A stretch of DNA of 61,488 nt from Flavobacteriales bacterium (GTDB lineage Bacteria > Bacteroidota > Bacteroidia > Flavobacteriales > Schleiferiaceae): the NCBI GenBank assembly GCA_038154705.1, contig JAYPYZ010000004.1:1-61488 (forward strand), read 5' to 3'. This document shows, piece by piece, positions 1 to 9,676 of this stretch. A program made the translations under genes and the position numbers. The notes beneath the pieces are model-generated. The model searched no databases and was not told the DNA's origin. It saw only the letters and a list, made by a program, of their open reading frames with translations. Position 1 is the stretch's first letter. Each line of letters opens with the position of its first letter.

Positions 1-2
1 TA

Positions 3-728
3 TTGATCGGTAAAGAGGTATTTGGTGGAACAGGGATGAACCTGTTGAACCCAGCGCTTACGGCTCGTGCCTTTGCGTTCTTTGCCTACCCAACATGGAT
101 GTCAGGTGACCAAGTATGGATCAACACCAAGGGCGGCGAAGTAGTAGATGGCTATTCAGGTGCTACGGCACTAGGTGATCTTGCAACTACTGTAGGTCAA
201 GGCCTAGGCAATCCTGCGACCGATGCAGTGATGGCTCAGTTCGGTGCCGGTGGTCACTACTCTTTTATGAACGCATTCTTGGGATTGATCCCAGGATCTA
301 TTGGAGAGACCTCAGCTTTGCTCATTCTCCTAGGTGGTTTGTTCCTTGTATTGAAAGGAGTAGGTTCTTGGAAAATCATGTTGAGCTTCTTCGTAGGTGG
401 ATTCGTGATGGCCGGAATCTTCAACCTCTTTGCAGTGAACGAATTCATGGGATTGAATCCATTGCACCAATTGATGTTGGGAGGCTTCATGTTCGGTATG
501 GTCTTCATGGCTACTGATCCTGTAAGTGCTGCTCAAACAGAAACTGGAAAATACATCTACGGTTTCTTGGCCGGGTTCTTCGGAATCATGATTCGCGTAT
601 TCAACCCAGCATACCCAGAAGGTATTATGTTGGCCATCCTATTTATGAATGTTATGGCACCGCTTATTGACTACTACGTGGTAGAAGCCAATATCAAGCG
701 TCGTGCAAAACGCGTTGCTCACGCCTAA
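3..728 (+). CDS. nqrB: Na+-translocating NADH:quinone oxidoreductase subunit B, C-terminal part (5' end outside window)
   Basis: ORF is open to the window edge. Polytopic membrane sequence with FMATDPVSAAQT and MAPLIDYYVVEANIKRR tail typical of NqrB. Followed by nqrC-F in canonical order. Confidence 0.9.
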   Translation: MIGKEVFGGTGMNLLNPALTARAFAFFAYPTWMSGDQVWINTKGGEVVDGYSGATALGDLATTVGQGLGNPATDAVMAQFGAGGHYSFMNAFLGLIPGSIGETSALLILLGGLFLVLKGVGSWKIMLSFFVGGFVMAGIFNLFAVNEFMGLNPLHQLMLGGFMFGMVFMATDPVSAAQTETGKYIYGFLAGFFGIMIRVFNPAYPEGIMLAILFMNVMAPLIDYYVVEANIKRRAKRVAHA

Positions 729-740
729 ACCTCTAGAACT

Positions 741-1433
741 ATGAATGTAAACAGCAACGGATATACGTACACATTTGCTACCGTGATGGTAGTGTTGGTG
801 GCGGTATTGCTCTCGGGTGCTTCCCTCGGTTTGAAATCGAAGCAGGAAAGCAACGTGAAGCAGGAAAAAATGCAAAGCATCTTGGCTTCAGTAGGAGTTG
901 AGGTAGATCGCAGCGAAGCTCAAGCGGCTTACGACGAGGTCATCACTCAAGTTTTGACCATCAAAGGTGGGGCAGTAGTGAGCGAAGATCGCGAGACTGG
1001 ATTTAACGTAGATATGGCTACGGCTATCAAATCGTCAAACATGGACCGTGAGGTGCCGTTGTACGTGGCGAACAAAGATGGCGAGACCTTCTACATTGTG
1101 CCGATGCGCGGTAAAGGTCTGTGGGGTCCGGTTTGGGGCTTCATGAGCTTGGAAGCGGATGGAAACACAGTGGTAGGTGCAAACTTTGGCCACAAGAGTG
1201 AAACCCCAGGTTTGGGTGCAGAAATCACGACGCCAATGTTCACGGACCAATTCCCCGGAAAGAAAATCTCTGAAGCGGGCATGTTCCAATCTATCTCAGT
1301 GGTGAAAAAGGGAACCTCTAGCGGCGATTACGCAGTAGACGGTATCTCTGGAGGTACCATTACTTCAAACGGAGTGAATGATATGTTGGCCGACTGTTTG
1401 GCACCGTACGCGGAATACTTCAAAAACATCTAA
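741..1433 (+). CDS. nqrC: Na+-NQR subunit C
   Basis: N-terminal TM helix and covalent-FMN type motif DGISGGTITSNGV. Position between nqrB and nqrD. Confidence 0.9.
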   Translation: MNVNSNGYTYTFATVMVVLVAVLLSGASLGLKSKQESNVKQEKMQSILASVGVEVDRSEAQAAYDEVITQVLTIKGGAVVSEDRETGFNVDMATAIKSSNMDREVPLYVANKDGETFYIVPMRGKGLWGPVWGFMSLEADGNTVVGANFGHKSETPGLGAEITTPMFTDQFPGKKISEAGMFQSISVVKKGTSSGDYAVDGISGGTITSNGVNDMLADCLAPYAEYFKNI

Positions 1434-1438
1434 TCCCC

Positions 1439-2113
1439 ATGAGTACAGAAGTAAAACAAAAAGAGTCGTTGTTCTCAAAGAAGAATAGAAAGCTCATTTC
1501 TGATCCTTTCAACGACAATAACCCTATTACTGTACAGGTATTGGGTATCTGTTCAGCACTTGCGATCACGGTTAAACTAGAACCGGCCATCGTAATGTCT
1601 CTATCGGTAATGTTCGTTTTGGCAGCGGGTAACGTGATCATCTCCTTGATTCGTAACCTCATCCCTAATCGTATTCGTATCATCGTTCAGTTGGTGGTCG
1701 TTGCCTCTTTGGTAATCTTGGTGGACCAATTCCTCAAGGCCTACGCCTACGACGTGAGCAAGCAGCTTTCGGTCTTCGTAGGTTTGATCATTACGAACTG
1801 TATCATCATGGGGCGTTTCGAAGCATTCGCCTTGGGCAATGGCCCTTGGAAAGCCTTCATGGACGGTATAGGTAACTCCATCGGTTATGGGGTGATCTTG
1901 ATCGCCGTGGCCTTCTTCCGTGAATTGCTAGGCTCTGGTACATTGCTAGGGTTCCCAGTAATCCCACAGAGCTGGTACATCAATGCGGAGACTGGTACTG
2001 GATTCTACGCCAACAACGGGTTCTTCTTGTTCCCTCCAATGGCCTTGATCGTTGTCGGTCTGATCATTTGGGCGCAACGTGCGAAAAACACTAAACTCAT
2101 TGAAGAAAACTAA
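1439..2113 (+). CDS. nqrD: Na+-NQR subunit D
   Basis: Polytopic RnfE/NqrD-like membrane protein in the canonical operon position. Confidence 0.9.
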   Translation: MSTEVKQKESLFSKKNRKLISDPFNDNNPITVQVLGICSALAITVKLEPAIVMSLSVMFVLAAGNVIISLIRNLIPNRIRIIVQLVVVASLVILVDQFLKAYAYDVSKQLSVFVGLIITNCIIMGRFEAFALGNGPWKAFMDGIGNSIGYGVILIAVAFFRELLGSGTLLGFPVIPQSWYINAETGTGFYANNGFFLFPPMALIVVGLIIWAQRAKNTKLIEEN

Positions 2114-2119
2114 GCTGCC

Positions 2120-2743
2120 ATGTTTCAAGAATTAATCAATCTATTCGTTCGCTCGATCTTTATCGAGAACATGATCTTCGCATACTTCTTGGGTATGTGT
2201 TCGTACTTGGCGGTTTCGAAAACCGTAAAAACAGCAGTAGGTCTAGGAATTGCCGTAACCTTTGTGTTGGTAATCACCTTGCCGGTAAACTGGTTGTTGG
2301 AAAACTACGTATTGCAGCCGGGCGCTCTAGGCAAATGGCTAGGTGCTGGTTTTGAAGATGTCGACTTGAGCTTCTTGTCGTTCATCATGTTCATTGCAGT
2401 TATTGCTTCTATGGTCCAATTGATCGAAATGATCGTAGAGAAGTTCGCTCCAGCACTCTACAGTGCCTTGGGTATCTTCTTGCCATTGATCGCGGTAAAC
2501 TGTTCTATCCTAGGTGGCTCACTCTTCATGCAAGAGCGTGCGTTTGGAACCATCGCTGAAGCAGCCGTATACGGTTTGGGTTCAGGGATCGGTTGGTTCC
2601 TTGCCATCGTTGCCATTGCTGCCATCCGTGAAAAGATTCGTTATTCAAATGTTCCTGCTCCTTTGCGCGGTCTCGGGATTACCTTCATCATTACTGGTTT
2701 GATGGGTATCGCGTTCATGAGCTTTATGGGTATTAAATTATAA
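2120..2743 (+). CDS. nqrE: Na+-NQR subunit E
   Basis: Polytopic RnfA/NqrE-like membrane protein in the canonical operon position. Confidence 0.9.
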   Translation: MFQELINLFVRSIFIENMIFAYFLGMCSYLAVSKTVKTAVGLGIAVTFVLVITLPVNWLLENYVLQPGALGKWLGAGFEDVDLSFLSFIMFIAVIASMVQLIEMIVEKFAPALYSALGIFLPLIAVNCSILGGSLFMQERAFGTIAEAAVYGLGSGIGWFLAIVAIAAIREKIRYSNVPAPLRGLGITFIITGLMGIAFMSFMGIKL

Positions 2744-2756
2744 TTCGGTTCGCATC

Positions 2757-4058
2757 ATGTTTTTAGCAACAAGCACAGTCATTTCAGCAGTAGCGGTTTT
2801 CGTAGTGGTCATCTTGGCCCTCGTGACCATACTCTTACAAGCAAAAGCGCGCCTCTCCCCAAGTGGTCCAGTAAAACTGAACATCAACGGTGATGAGGTA
2901 GAGGTAGAAAGCGGTACTACACTGCTCTCTACATTGAGCAACCAAAAAATCTTCTTGCCCTCTGCCTGTGGTGGTGGTGGTACCTGTGGGATGTGTAAGT
3001 GTCAAGTGACCGAAGGTGGTGGCGAGATTCTTCCAACGGAGACCGGGTTCTTCAACCGCAAGGAAATTGCAGATAACTGGCGTCTTGGATGTCAGGTGAA
3101 GGTGAAGAACGACATGAACGTGAAAGTACCAGAGGAGATCTTTGGTATTAAGAAGTGGGAATGTGAGGTAGTAAGTAACTACAACGTTGCCTCTTTCATC
3201 AAAGAGTTCGTGGTGAAGCTTCCAGAAGGCGAGACACTAGATTTCGAAGCAGGTGGTTATATCCAGGTGGATGTACCTGCGACGACAGTAGATTTCAAAA
3301 ACATTGATATTACTTCTCACCCGAAATTGGGTAAAGCTCCTGATGAGTTTCAAGTAGAGTGGGATAAGTTCAAACTGTGGGATCTTAAAATGGTGAACCC
3401 AGAGCCACTATTCCGTGCGTACTCTATGGCCAACCACCCAGCAGAAGGAAATATCATCATGTTGAACATCCGTATCGCTACGCCACCGTTCGACCGCAAG
3501 AAAGGCGGATGGATGGATGTAAACCCAGGGGTTTGTTCATCGTTCGTATTTGACCAAAAGCCAGGCGATAAAGTAACCATCTCAGGTCCTTACGGTGAAT
3601 TCTTCATCAAAGAGACAGATGCAGAAATGGTATACATCGGTGGTGGTGCAGGTATGGCGCCAATGCGTTCACACCTCTTCCACTTGTTCCACACGTTGAA
3701 GACTGGCCGTAAGGTGAGCTACTGGTACGGTGGTCGTTCTAAGCGCGAGTTGTTCTATCTAGACGATTTCCGTCAGATCGAGCAGGAGTTCCCGAACTTC
3801 AAGTTCCACATTGTATTGTCAGAGCCATTACCAGAAGATAACTGGCAGGCGAAAGACAATATGGATGCGGAGGGTGATGGTTTCACCGGTTTCGTTCACC
3901 AAGCGTTGATCGATAACTACTTGAACCACCACGATGCTCCTGAAGATATCGAGTACTACTTCTGTGGTCCTCCACTAATGAACGCAGCGGTTCTTAAAAT
4001 GGTCGACGACTTCGGCGTACCTCCAGAGAACGTAAGCTTCGATGATTTCGGTGGATAA
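2757..4058 (+). CDS. nqrF: Na+-NQR subunit F
   Basis: N-terminal TM helix, 2Fe-2S ferredoxin motif [15 protein letters not shown] motif RAYSMANHP, nucleotide-binding GGGAGMAP. Confidence 0.95.
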   Translation: MFLATSTVISAVAVFVVVILALVTILLQAKARLSPSGPVKLNINGDEVEVESGTTLLSTLSNQKIFLPSACGGGGTCGMCKCQVTEGGGEILPTETGFFNRKEIADNWRLGCQVKVKNDMNVKVPEEIFGIKKWECEVVSNYNVASFIKEFVVKLPEGETLDFEAGGYIQVDVPATTVDFKNIDITSHPKLGKAPDEFQVEWDKFKLWDLKMVNPEPLFRAYSMANHPAEGNIIMLNIRIATPPFDRKKGGWMDVNPGVCSSFVFDQKPGDKVTISGPYGEFFIKETDAEMVYIGGGAGMAPMRSHLFHLFHTLKTGRKVSYWYGGRSKRELFYLDDFRQIEQEFPNFKFHIVLSEPLPEDNWQAKDNMDAEGDGFTGFVHQALIDNYLNHHDAPEDIEYYFCGPPLMNAAVLKMVDDFGVPPENVSFDDFGG

Positions 4059-4077
4059 TCGAAAAAAATGATAACCT

Positions 4078-4109
4078 AAGCCGCTCCGCATGGAGCGGCT
4101 TTTTATTTT
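4078..4109 (+). terminator. Rho-independent terminator/attenuator after nqrF
   Basis: aagccgctcc-gcat-ggagcggctt: perfect 10-bp stem, then tttttatttt. Ends 7 nt before the apbE ATG. Confidence 0.75.
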
Positions 4110-4115
4110 CATCCC

Positions 4116-5117
4116 ATGAAACTACTACGCGCCTTTTTCTTCCTTCCGCTGCTTTGGTCCTGTCAAAGCACACCGGAATTGGTCCAAATGACTAATCAAG
4201 GTCCCGCACAGGGCTCCACATTTAGCATCAGCTACCTCGTGCCGGAAGGCGTAGATTACCGCAAGGACATCGATTCCATTCTAAAATCCATGGACCAGCA
4301 AATGAGCTTATGGGTGGAGAACAGCGAGATCTCTAGATTGAATCGCGGAGATTCCGTGTATTTGAGCAACGATTTCCAAGAGGTGATTCTCAAATCCATC
4401 TACATCAGTGAATTGACTAATGGTGATTTCGACATCACCATCGCGCCTCTGATCAAAGCATGGGGTTTTTCTGGAGGCACGCGCAAGGACAGCATCAATG
4501 TGGATAGCCTCATGAACTACGTGGGCTACAAAGGCCTTGTGGCAAGTCGCCCGGGGCCCATGCTGAAGAAATTCGCACTCCCCAAAGGTTATCAAATAGA
4601 TGTCAACGCCATTGCACAGGGTTATACGGTAGATATCGTGTCCAATTTCTTTCGCAATGCCAACGTCCACAACTACATGATAGAAATAGGCGGGGAGGTA
4701 CGATGCAAGGGAACCAACATCGATGGACGCAAATGGCGCATAGGTATAGAACAGCCGCAGGAAGAACGCGCCGCTGGACAATACCAAACCATCGTAGTCT
4801 TAGATACCATGTCCCTAGCCACCAGTGGCAATTATCGCAAATTCTGGGTGAACGAGCGCGGACAGCGTGTTGTGCATACCATTGACCCGGAAACAGGTCA
4901 GCCGGTGATCAGCAATCTCTTGAGCGTGAGTATCATCGCCAACAATGCCACCTTTGCCGATGCCCTAGCGACTGCTTGCATGGTTTCAGGTCTCGCCAGA
5001 GCGAAAGCCATGGTGGAGCGCTTCCCGAATACGGAAGGTTATTTCATCGTGGGAAATAAATACGGAGAGTTTGAAGTTCAAACCACTTCAAACTGGTCCC
5101 AGTACGAGCTGAATTAA
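4116..5117 (+). CDS. apbE: FAD:protein FMN transferase (ApbE family lipoprotein)
   Basis: Lipoprotein-type signal FFFLPLLWSC. ApbE-like sequence directly downstream of nqrF, as in other nqr loci. Confidence 0.85.
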   Translation: MKLLRAFFFLPLLWSCQSTPELVQMTNQGPAQGSTFSISYLVPEGVDYRKDIDSILKSMDQQMSLWVENSEISRLNRGDSVYLSNDFQEVILKSIYISELTNGDFDITIAPLIKAWGFSGGTRKDSINVDSLMNYVGYKGLVASRPGPMLKKFALPKGYQIDVNAIAQGYTVDIVSNFFRNANVHNYMIEIGGEVRCKGTNIDGRKWRIGIEQPQEERAAGQYQTIVVLDTMSLATSGNYRKFWVNERGQRVVHTIDPETGQPVISNLLSVSIIANNATFADALATACMVSGLARAKAMVERFPNTEGYFIVGNKYGEFEVQTTSNWSQYELN

Positions 5118-5320
5118 GCTTGTTCTAGGTTATTGTCGCATTGGTTTGGGTTCTTCCCGCAGTACGAACAAGTCTCGCCATCCTGATTCAAGAATGGGCT
5201 TTGTGAAGCACAAGTACCGGCAAATTCGCCGTCTTTCTTTGCCCAAATTTTAATAGCGATCCCGGCGAAGCCAAGTCCAACCAATACGATAGTGATGCCG
5301 ATGAGTTTTAGGAGTACCAT
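5114..5320 (-). CDS. nqrM: (Na+)-NQR maturation factor NqrM (DUF539)
   Basis: 68 aa from ATG 5320 (the tracked ORF starts at a TTG at 5344). One TM helix, then a four-Cys cluster GTCASQ...ETCSYCGKNPNQC. Adjacent to apbE. Confidence 0.7.
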   Translation of the reverse strand: MVLLKLIGITIVLVGLGFAGIAIKIWAKKDGEFAGTCASQSPFLNQDGETCSYCGKNPNQCDNNLEQA

Positions 5321-5341
5321 TGCGTCAATCTTTTCAAGCCA

Positions 5342-5349
5342 CAAAGTTA
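5342..5349 (-). promoter_or_regulatory. Candidate -7 box TAacTTTG for nqrM
   Basis: Reverse complement of caaagtta matches the Bacteroidota TAnnTTTG consensus, 21 nt upstream of ATG 5320. Confidence 0.4.
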
Positions 5350-5429
5350 AGGAAGAACCACGAATAAATCAGGGGATAGCAAATGACCGGATTTATTTAA
5401 AAATCGATGAAAATCGGTTGTCCGTGATG

Positions 5430-5437
5430 TACCTTTG
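5430..5437 (+). promoter_or_regulatory. Candidate -7 box TAccTTTG for mdh
   Basis: Exact TAnnTTTG match 32 nt upstream of the mdh ATG. Confidence 0.45.
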
Positions 5438-5469
5438 TGGGAGTCAAACAAACTAAAAATCACATACAT

Positions 5470-6402
5470 ATGAAGATCACCGTAGTAGGTGCCGGTAACG
5501 TAGGTGCCACGGTTGCAGAGAACATGGTTCGTCGCGAGCTCGCAGAGGAAATTGTATTGCTCGACATCAAAGAAGGTTTTGCGGAAGGCAAGGCGATGGA
5601 CATGAACCAATGTGCTACTTTGAACGGCTATGATTCAAAGGTAGTTGGCTCGACCAACGACTATTCAAAGACTGCCGGTTCTAAGGTGGCTGTCATCACT
5701 TCTGGTATTCCTCGTAAGCCAGGAATGACACGCGAAGAATTGATCGGTACTAATGCTAAGATCGTTCAAACGGTTACAGAGAACTTGATCAAGCACAGCC
5801 CGGACATCATCATTGTTGTGATTTCTAACCCAATGGATACCATGACTTACTTGACGTCTAAGACTTCAGGTCTGCCTAAAAACCGCATCATCGGTATGGG
5901 CGGTATCTTGGATTCAGCTCGTTTCAAGTACCGTTTGGCAGAGCAACTAGGTTGTTCTCCTAACGACCTTCAGGGTCAGGTGATCGGTGGTCATGGGGAT
6001 ACGACAATGATTCCTTTGATCAAGCACGCGACCTACAACAGCATGCCAGTGACGCAATTCCTAACGGAGGAGCAGCAAGAGTATGTTGTGAAAGAGACTA
6101 TGGTCGGTGGTGCAACATTGACAGGATTGATCGGTACTTCTGCTTGGTATGCTCCAGGTGCTGCAGGTGCTGAGCTTGTTGAGTCAATCTTACGCAACCA
6201 AAAGAAAATGTTCCCATGTTCAGTATTGCTTAACGGCGAATATGGTCAAGACGATATCTGTATCGGTGTACCTGTGATCGTTGGTGAGAACGGTTGGGAA
6301 AATGTTGTTGAGTTCAATTTGAGCGACGACGAAAAAGCAAAATTCGAAGCTTCTGCTGAAGCTGTTCGCAAGATGAACAGCGCACTAGATGCGAACCTAT
6401 AA
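5470..6402 (+). CDS. mdh: Malate dehydrogenase (LDH-like family)
   Basis: MKITVVGAGNVGAT Rossmann start, GGHGDTM motif, about 310 aa. Start moved to ATG 5470 from the upstream GTG of the tracked ORF. Confidence 0.9.
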   Translation: MKITVVGAGNVGATVAENMVRRELAEEIVLLDIKEGFAEGKAMDMNQCATLNGYDSKVVGSTNDYSKTAGSKVAVITSGIPRKPGMTREELIGTNAKIVQTVTENLIKHSPDIIIVVISNPMDTMTYLTSKTSGLPKNRIIGMGGILDSARFKYRLAEQLGCSPNDLQGQVIGGHGDTTMIPLIKHATYNSMPVTQFLTEEQQEYVVKETMVGGATLTGLIGTSAWYAPGAAGAELVESILRNQKKMFPCSVLLNGEYGQDDICIGVPVIVGENGWENVVEFNLSDDEKAKFEASAEAVRKMNSALDANL

Positions 6403-6425
6403 GCGCGAAAAATTTGCGTGATTTG

Positions 6426-6462
6426 ATACGAGCCGCCCGCAGGGCGGCTCGTATTTTTTTTT
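6426..6462 (+). terminator. Rho-independent terminator after mdh
   Basis: atacgagccgccc-gca-gggcggctcgtat: 13-bp perfect stem followed by T8. Confidence 0.85.
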
Positions 6463-6599
6463 GCCCCTGTGCGCGCGGCGCGCTCGTCCCTATTGCCGGT
6501 GAGGCAGATGAAGGAGCGTGCGCATCTCAAACCGACGAACAGGAGACTTTTGTACATGTCTCAGGATATCGTAGGGCGGAGAACAGTTGGTACTGGAGC

Positions 6600-6983
6600 T
6601 TAGTCTAAAACCCGCTCTTTGGGCAAGAGGGCGCAATGTCCAGTGCCGAAGAGTCGATAACGAAATTGGGCCAAAAGATTATACCCCACATTTCTCAGCG
6701 CTCTGGGGATGATTCGCAGTTCAAAGAAGGAGCGCCAGGGTCTTGGGAGTTCCCGCAACAAGTACAACACTGCATCGCTTTTCACATGCCACTGCGTGCC
6801 GTCGAAGAAGAGCACAGAATCAATGGTCCGCAGCGAAGGAGGTACGTTTGCTTGTGCCCAATTACTTTGTAATGAGGTAAACAAAATTCGTTCGCTGGCA
6901 TCCTTACTAAATACCCATTGTACCGTTCGGTTGCACAAGGTGCAGGGTCCGTCGTATACTAGGATGGGCGTACCGGGCATCAT
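6600..6983 (-). CDS. Thiol-disulfide oxidoreductase DCC family protein (DUF393)
   Basis: ILVYDGPCTLCNRTVQWV contains the DCC-family CxxC motif. Start set at ATG 6983, which overlaps the upstream stop as ATGA. The longer tracked ORF (to 7151) would overlap the upstream gene by 170 nt. Confidence 0.75.
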   Translation of the reverse strand: MMPGTPILVYDGPCTLCNRTVQWVFSKDASERILFTSLQSNWAQANVPPSLRTIDSVLFFDGTQWHVKSDAVLYLLRELPRPWRSFFELRIIPRALRNVGYNLLAQFRYRLFGTGHCALLPKERVLD

Positions 6984-9676
6984 TGCACAATCAATCGATG
7001 GGTTTCGCGCTGTCCGTCCTCTCGGTACAGAACTACGATGTAGATGCCTGCGGGTAGATCCAGCATGTTTTCTTCGGTCGTGCTCAAGGTGCCGATGTGT
7101 TCGCCTTGAAGGCTTATTAGGTGGGCTTGCTCGAGATACGAGGATGCGCATTGGAACAACATTCTGTTCGAGGTGGGGTTGGGGAAAATAATACAGCTGG
7201 GCGCTTGGGCCGGAGTTTCTTCCACGCTGATATTGTTGAATGCCTTGCCTTCGAAATAATGCAGGCCACCGCTCATGTTACCCAAGATCACATCTGGATA
7301 GCCATCTGCGTTAAGGTCGGCTACGGCAGGGTGCAGGCGCTTGCCGGCAGCGGTGAAGTGAGCATCCATATCTCTCAAGGTAGGGACCAAGTTGAACCTC
7401 ATGTTCGGGCGCAACTTGAGTTTGCCGCCGTAAGGCATGCCACATCCATTGTTCGTGATGCCATTCCAGCTGCTCACATCGCCATAGAGGGTGGCGTAGA
7501 ATGGGGTGCTTTGTAGAATGACGGGAATATCACCGGTCTGTGCGTGTTTGGAAAAGCAAATCTCAACCAGGAGGTGGTCAACGCCGTTCCAAGTAAAGGG
7601 TACGTCGAGTGGGATGTCGTTCCATCCGGTGGTCATCACGCGAATGCCGCTGTAGACTTCGGTGAGGTCTTGGCTATGGAAATTGGTCTGGGCGGTATCT
7701 GAAATGTGTTTGAACCTGATGTTGAATCCTTGCGTGAGGTAGAGGCTGTTGTTGGTGCCCACCTCAAATCCTATGGTTTCGATTTGCCCGAAGCGTCCGC
7801 CCGCATTGATCAGCTCGTCCTTAGTGAAAATGATTTGTGTGCGACCATTGCGCTTGGATCCGCCAAAGGGGGTTTCGATGCGGCTGCTTGAGGTTTGTGT
7901 GCCGCCGCCAAGGTTGAGGTCTACGGAGGCCGTGGCACCGCTGGTGATGATTTTTAAGGAGTCCTTTTGCACCACGCCCAAATCTTCGGAGCCGATGAAT
8001 AGCGTGGTGTCCGTCCCGTAGATGAGTGCGGGAGCACTGTGGCCACTCGGTGCGGTGGTAGAGCCCATGTCGATGCCGGCCCATTGGCTGGCGTTGAGTA
8101 TGAAGAGGTTGGGCCAAGTACCTGTTTTCTCATAATAGGCTACCGTACCGGCTTCGTTGCCTATAAGCAAATCGGCCACACCATCGCCATTCACATCACC
8201 CAAATACGGCGTGGCATGATTGCCCACATCAATACTTTGAATGGCACCGCGGTAGGTAAAACTATGGCTCAAAAAGCTTCCAGTGTTCTCGTAATAATAG
8301 ATCAAGCCGTTTTTCGCTCCTACGATCATATCTGGATCGAGGTCAGCGTCGAGGTCGGCGAAGGTGGGGCAGAGCTCTTCGCCTAGGTTGTTATATCCTG
8401 CATTGGCAAAATCCGAATCCGCCAGGGTGAAGGCTGGGTTCGTGTTGGTGCCGGTGTTTTTGTAGTACACCAACTTGCTTTTGTAGGTACTTGGGCCTTG
8501 GTATTTACCCATGGAGCCAACGACTAAATCGAAATCTCCGTCAAAGTCTAAATCCACCAAGGCAGGCTTCGTTGCCGAACCGAGGTCGAGCATATCTCGC
8601 ACTAAGAAGGAAGAATCTGGGGCGCTCCAGCTCGGGTTGTTTGCAGCACCTGTATTGGCGTACAGCCAGGCGTTGCGTGTGTTGATGGAGCCGTTCAAAT
8701 TCGGGCTGACCATCAGGTCCGGCGTGCCGTCAAAGTTCAGGTCTTCATAAAACGGTGCGGGGAAATACCTAATGTTGGTAGGATTTGCCGTGGGGTATAG
8801 GGTGTCCTTGCTAGTCATAAAGGCACTGTCCATGTGTCCACCGTTGTAGGCTGCGACGAGGTTGGTAAAGCTTACATCACCAATGAGTACATCTTTCAAG
8901 GTATCTCCGTCGAGGTTGAGCACAAGAAGTGTAGAGCCCGCGTGCATGCCTACGGAGGTTTTGCCGACGATTTCCATTTTCTGTACGCCCGCACATCCGT
9001 TTAGGGTGAGGTTGTTGGTGGCGAGATTTTCTTCGAATCGGCCCCAGCAAGTAGTGTTCATGGAGAAATCTAAACCACAGGAGGTTTGGCCTTCGTGCCA
9101 TTCGATGGTGGAGCGCTGTCCAAAGGTGAGTACGTCCAAATCCCCATCGTCGTCAATATCAACGATGGCCGGAATGTCGCTACTGAAATTATAGAGGTTG
9201 GTCGTGGTGCCGCCGGCGTCGGTGGTGAGGTAGTTGCCACTCAGGGCCCAAGTAAAACTCAAGGAATCTGTCGTGCTGGTGTTCTCCCATACGCCCATGC
9301 CCCCCAAAACGAAGGCAAACAGGTCCTTTTTTCCGTCGCAATTATAATCTCTAAACAAGCCCCAATATTCCACGGCAGGGAGTTCTTCTGCGTATTGTGG
9401 TGCAGGAATCCATTGGTTGTTTTCCGCCAAGAAGGTGATCCATCGATTGCCTTGACGGTCGAAAATGGCCAAATCTTCGGTGCCGTCTAGGTTGAGGTCG
9501 ATGCGCGACCACTGGGGCAAATCGGCCCCGCCCATAAAAGCGTACTCCACCGTATCACTGCCGCTCATCACCTTGGGCCCCACGGTCCAATCAAAGCTCA
9601 AACGATTGGTATAGGACTGGGCAGAGGCGCCTGTTCCGACGAGGAGTAGGGCGCCGACAAGCGCGATTTTGGTCAT
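6980..9676 (-). CDS. FG-GAP/VCBS repeat beta-propeller protein with T9SS C-terminal sorting domain
   Basis: Signal peptide MTKIALVGALLLVGTGASAQ (an alternative ATG lies at 9688). At least 9 Dx[DN]xDGxxD Ca-binding-like blades, e.g. DLNLDGTEDLAIFD, DIDDDGDLDVLTF, DVNGDGVADLLIGN. C-terminus IIFPNPTSNRMLF...GIYIVVLYREDG matches the T9SS type A CTD pattern. Confidence 0.8.
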   Translation of the reverse strand: MTKIALVGALLLVGTGASAQSYTNRLSFDWTVGPKVMSGSDTVEYAFMGGADLPQWSRIDLNLDGTEDLAIFDRQGNRWITFLAENNQWIPAPQYAEELPAVEYWGLFRDYNCDGKKDLFAFVLGGMGVWENTSTTDSLSFTWALSGNYLTTDAGGTTTNLYNFSSDIPAIVDIDDDGDLDVLTFGQRSTIEWHEGQTSCGLDFSMNTTCWGRFEENLATNNLTLNGCAGVQKMEIVGKTSVGMHAGSTLLVLNLDGDTLKDVLIGDVSFTNLVAAYNGGHMDSAFMTSKDTLYPTANPTNIRYFPAPFYEDLNFDGTPDLMVSPNLNGSINTRNAWLYANTGAANNPSWSAPDSSFLVRDMLDLGSATKPALVDLDFDGDFDLVVGSMGKYQGPSTYKSKLVYYKNTGTNTNPAFTLADSDFANAGYNNLGEELCPTFADLDADLDPDMIVGAKNGLIYYYENTGSFLSHSFTYRGAIQSIDVGNHATPYLGDVNGDGVADLLIGNEAGTVAYYEKTGTWPNLFILNASQWAGIDMGSTTAPSGHSAPALIYGTDTTLFIGSEDLGVVQKDSLKIITSGATASVDLNLGGGTQTSSSRIETPFGGSKRNGRTQIIFTKDELINAGGRFGQIETIGFEVGTNNSLYLTQGFNIRFKHISDTAQTNFHSQDLTEVYSGIRVMTTGWNDIPLDVPFTWNGVDHLLVEICFSKHAQTGDIPVILQSTPFYATLYGDVSSWNGITNNGCGMPYGGKLKLRPNMRFNLVPTLRDMDAHFTAAGKRLHPAVADLNADGYPDVILGNMSGGLHYFEGKAFNNISVEETPAQAPSCIIFPNPTSNRMLFQCASSYLEQAHLISLQGEHIGTLSTTEENMLDLPAGIYIVVLYREDGQRETHRLIVQ

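Noticed and set aside
6414-6608. 64-aa plus-strand ORF in the mdh-DCC spacer.
   Set aside because: It has a non-ATG start, reads through the mdh terminator stem, and has Arg/Ala/Cys-rich composition with no supporting signals.
6709-7191. 160-aa plus-strand ORF, and the extended 183-aa version of the DCC ORF (6600-7151).
   Set aside because: The plus ORF is antisense to the DCC and FG-GAP genes. The DCC extension is Arg/His-rich, would overlap the FG-GAP CTD by 170 nt, and an ATG with ATGA coupling at 6983 gives a normal-length DCC protein.
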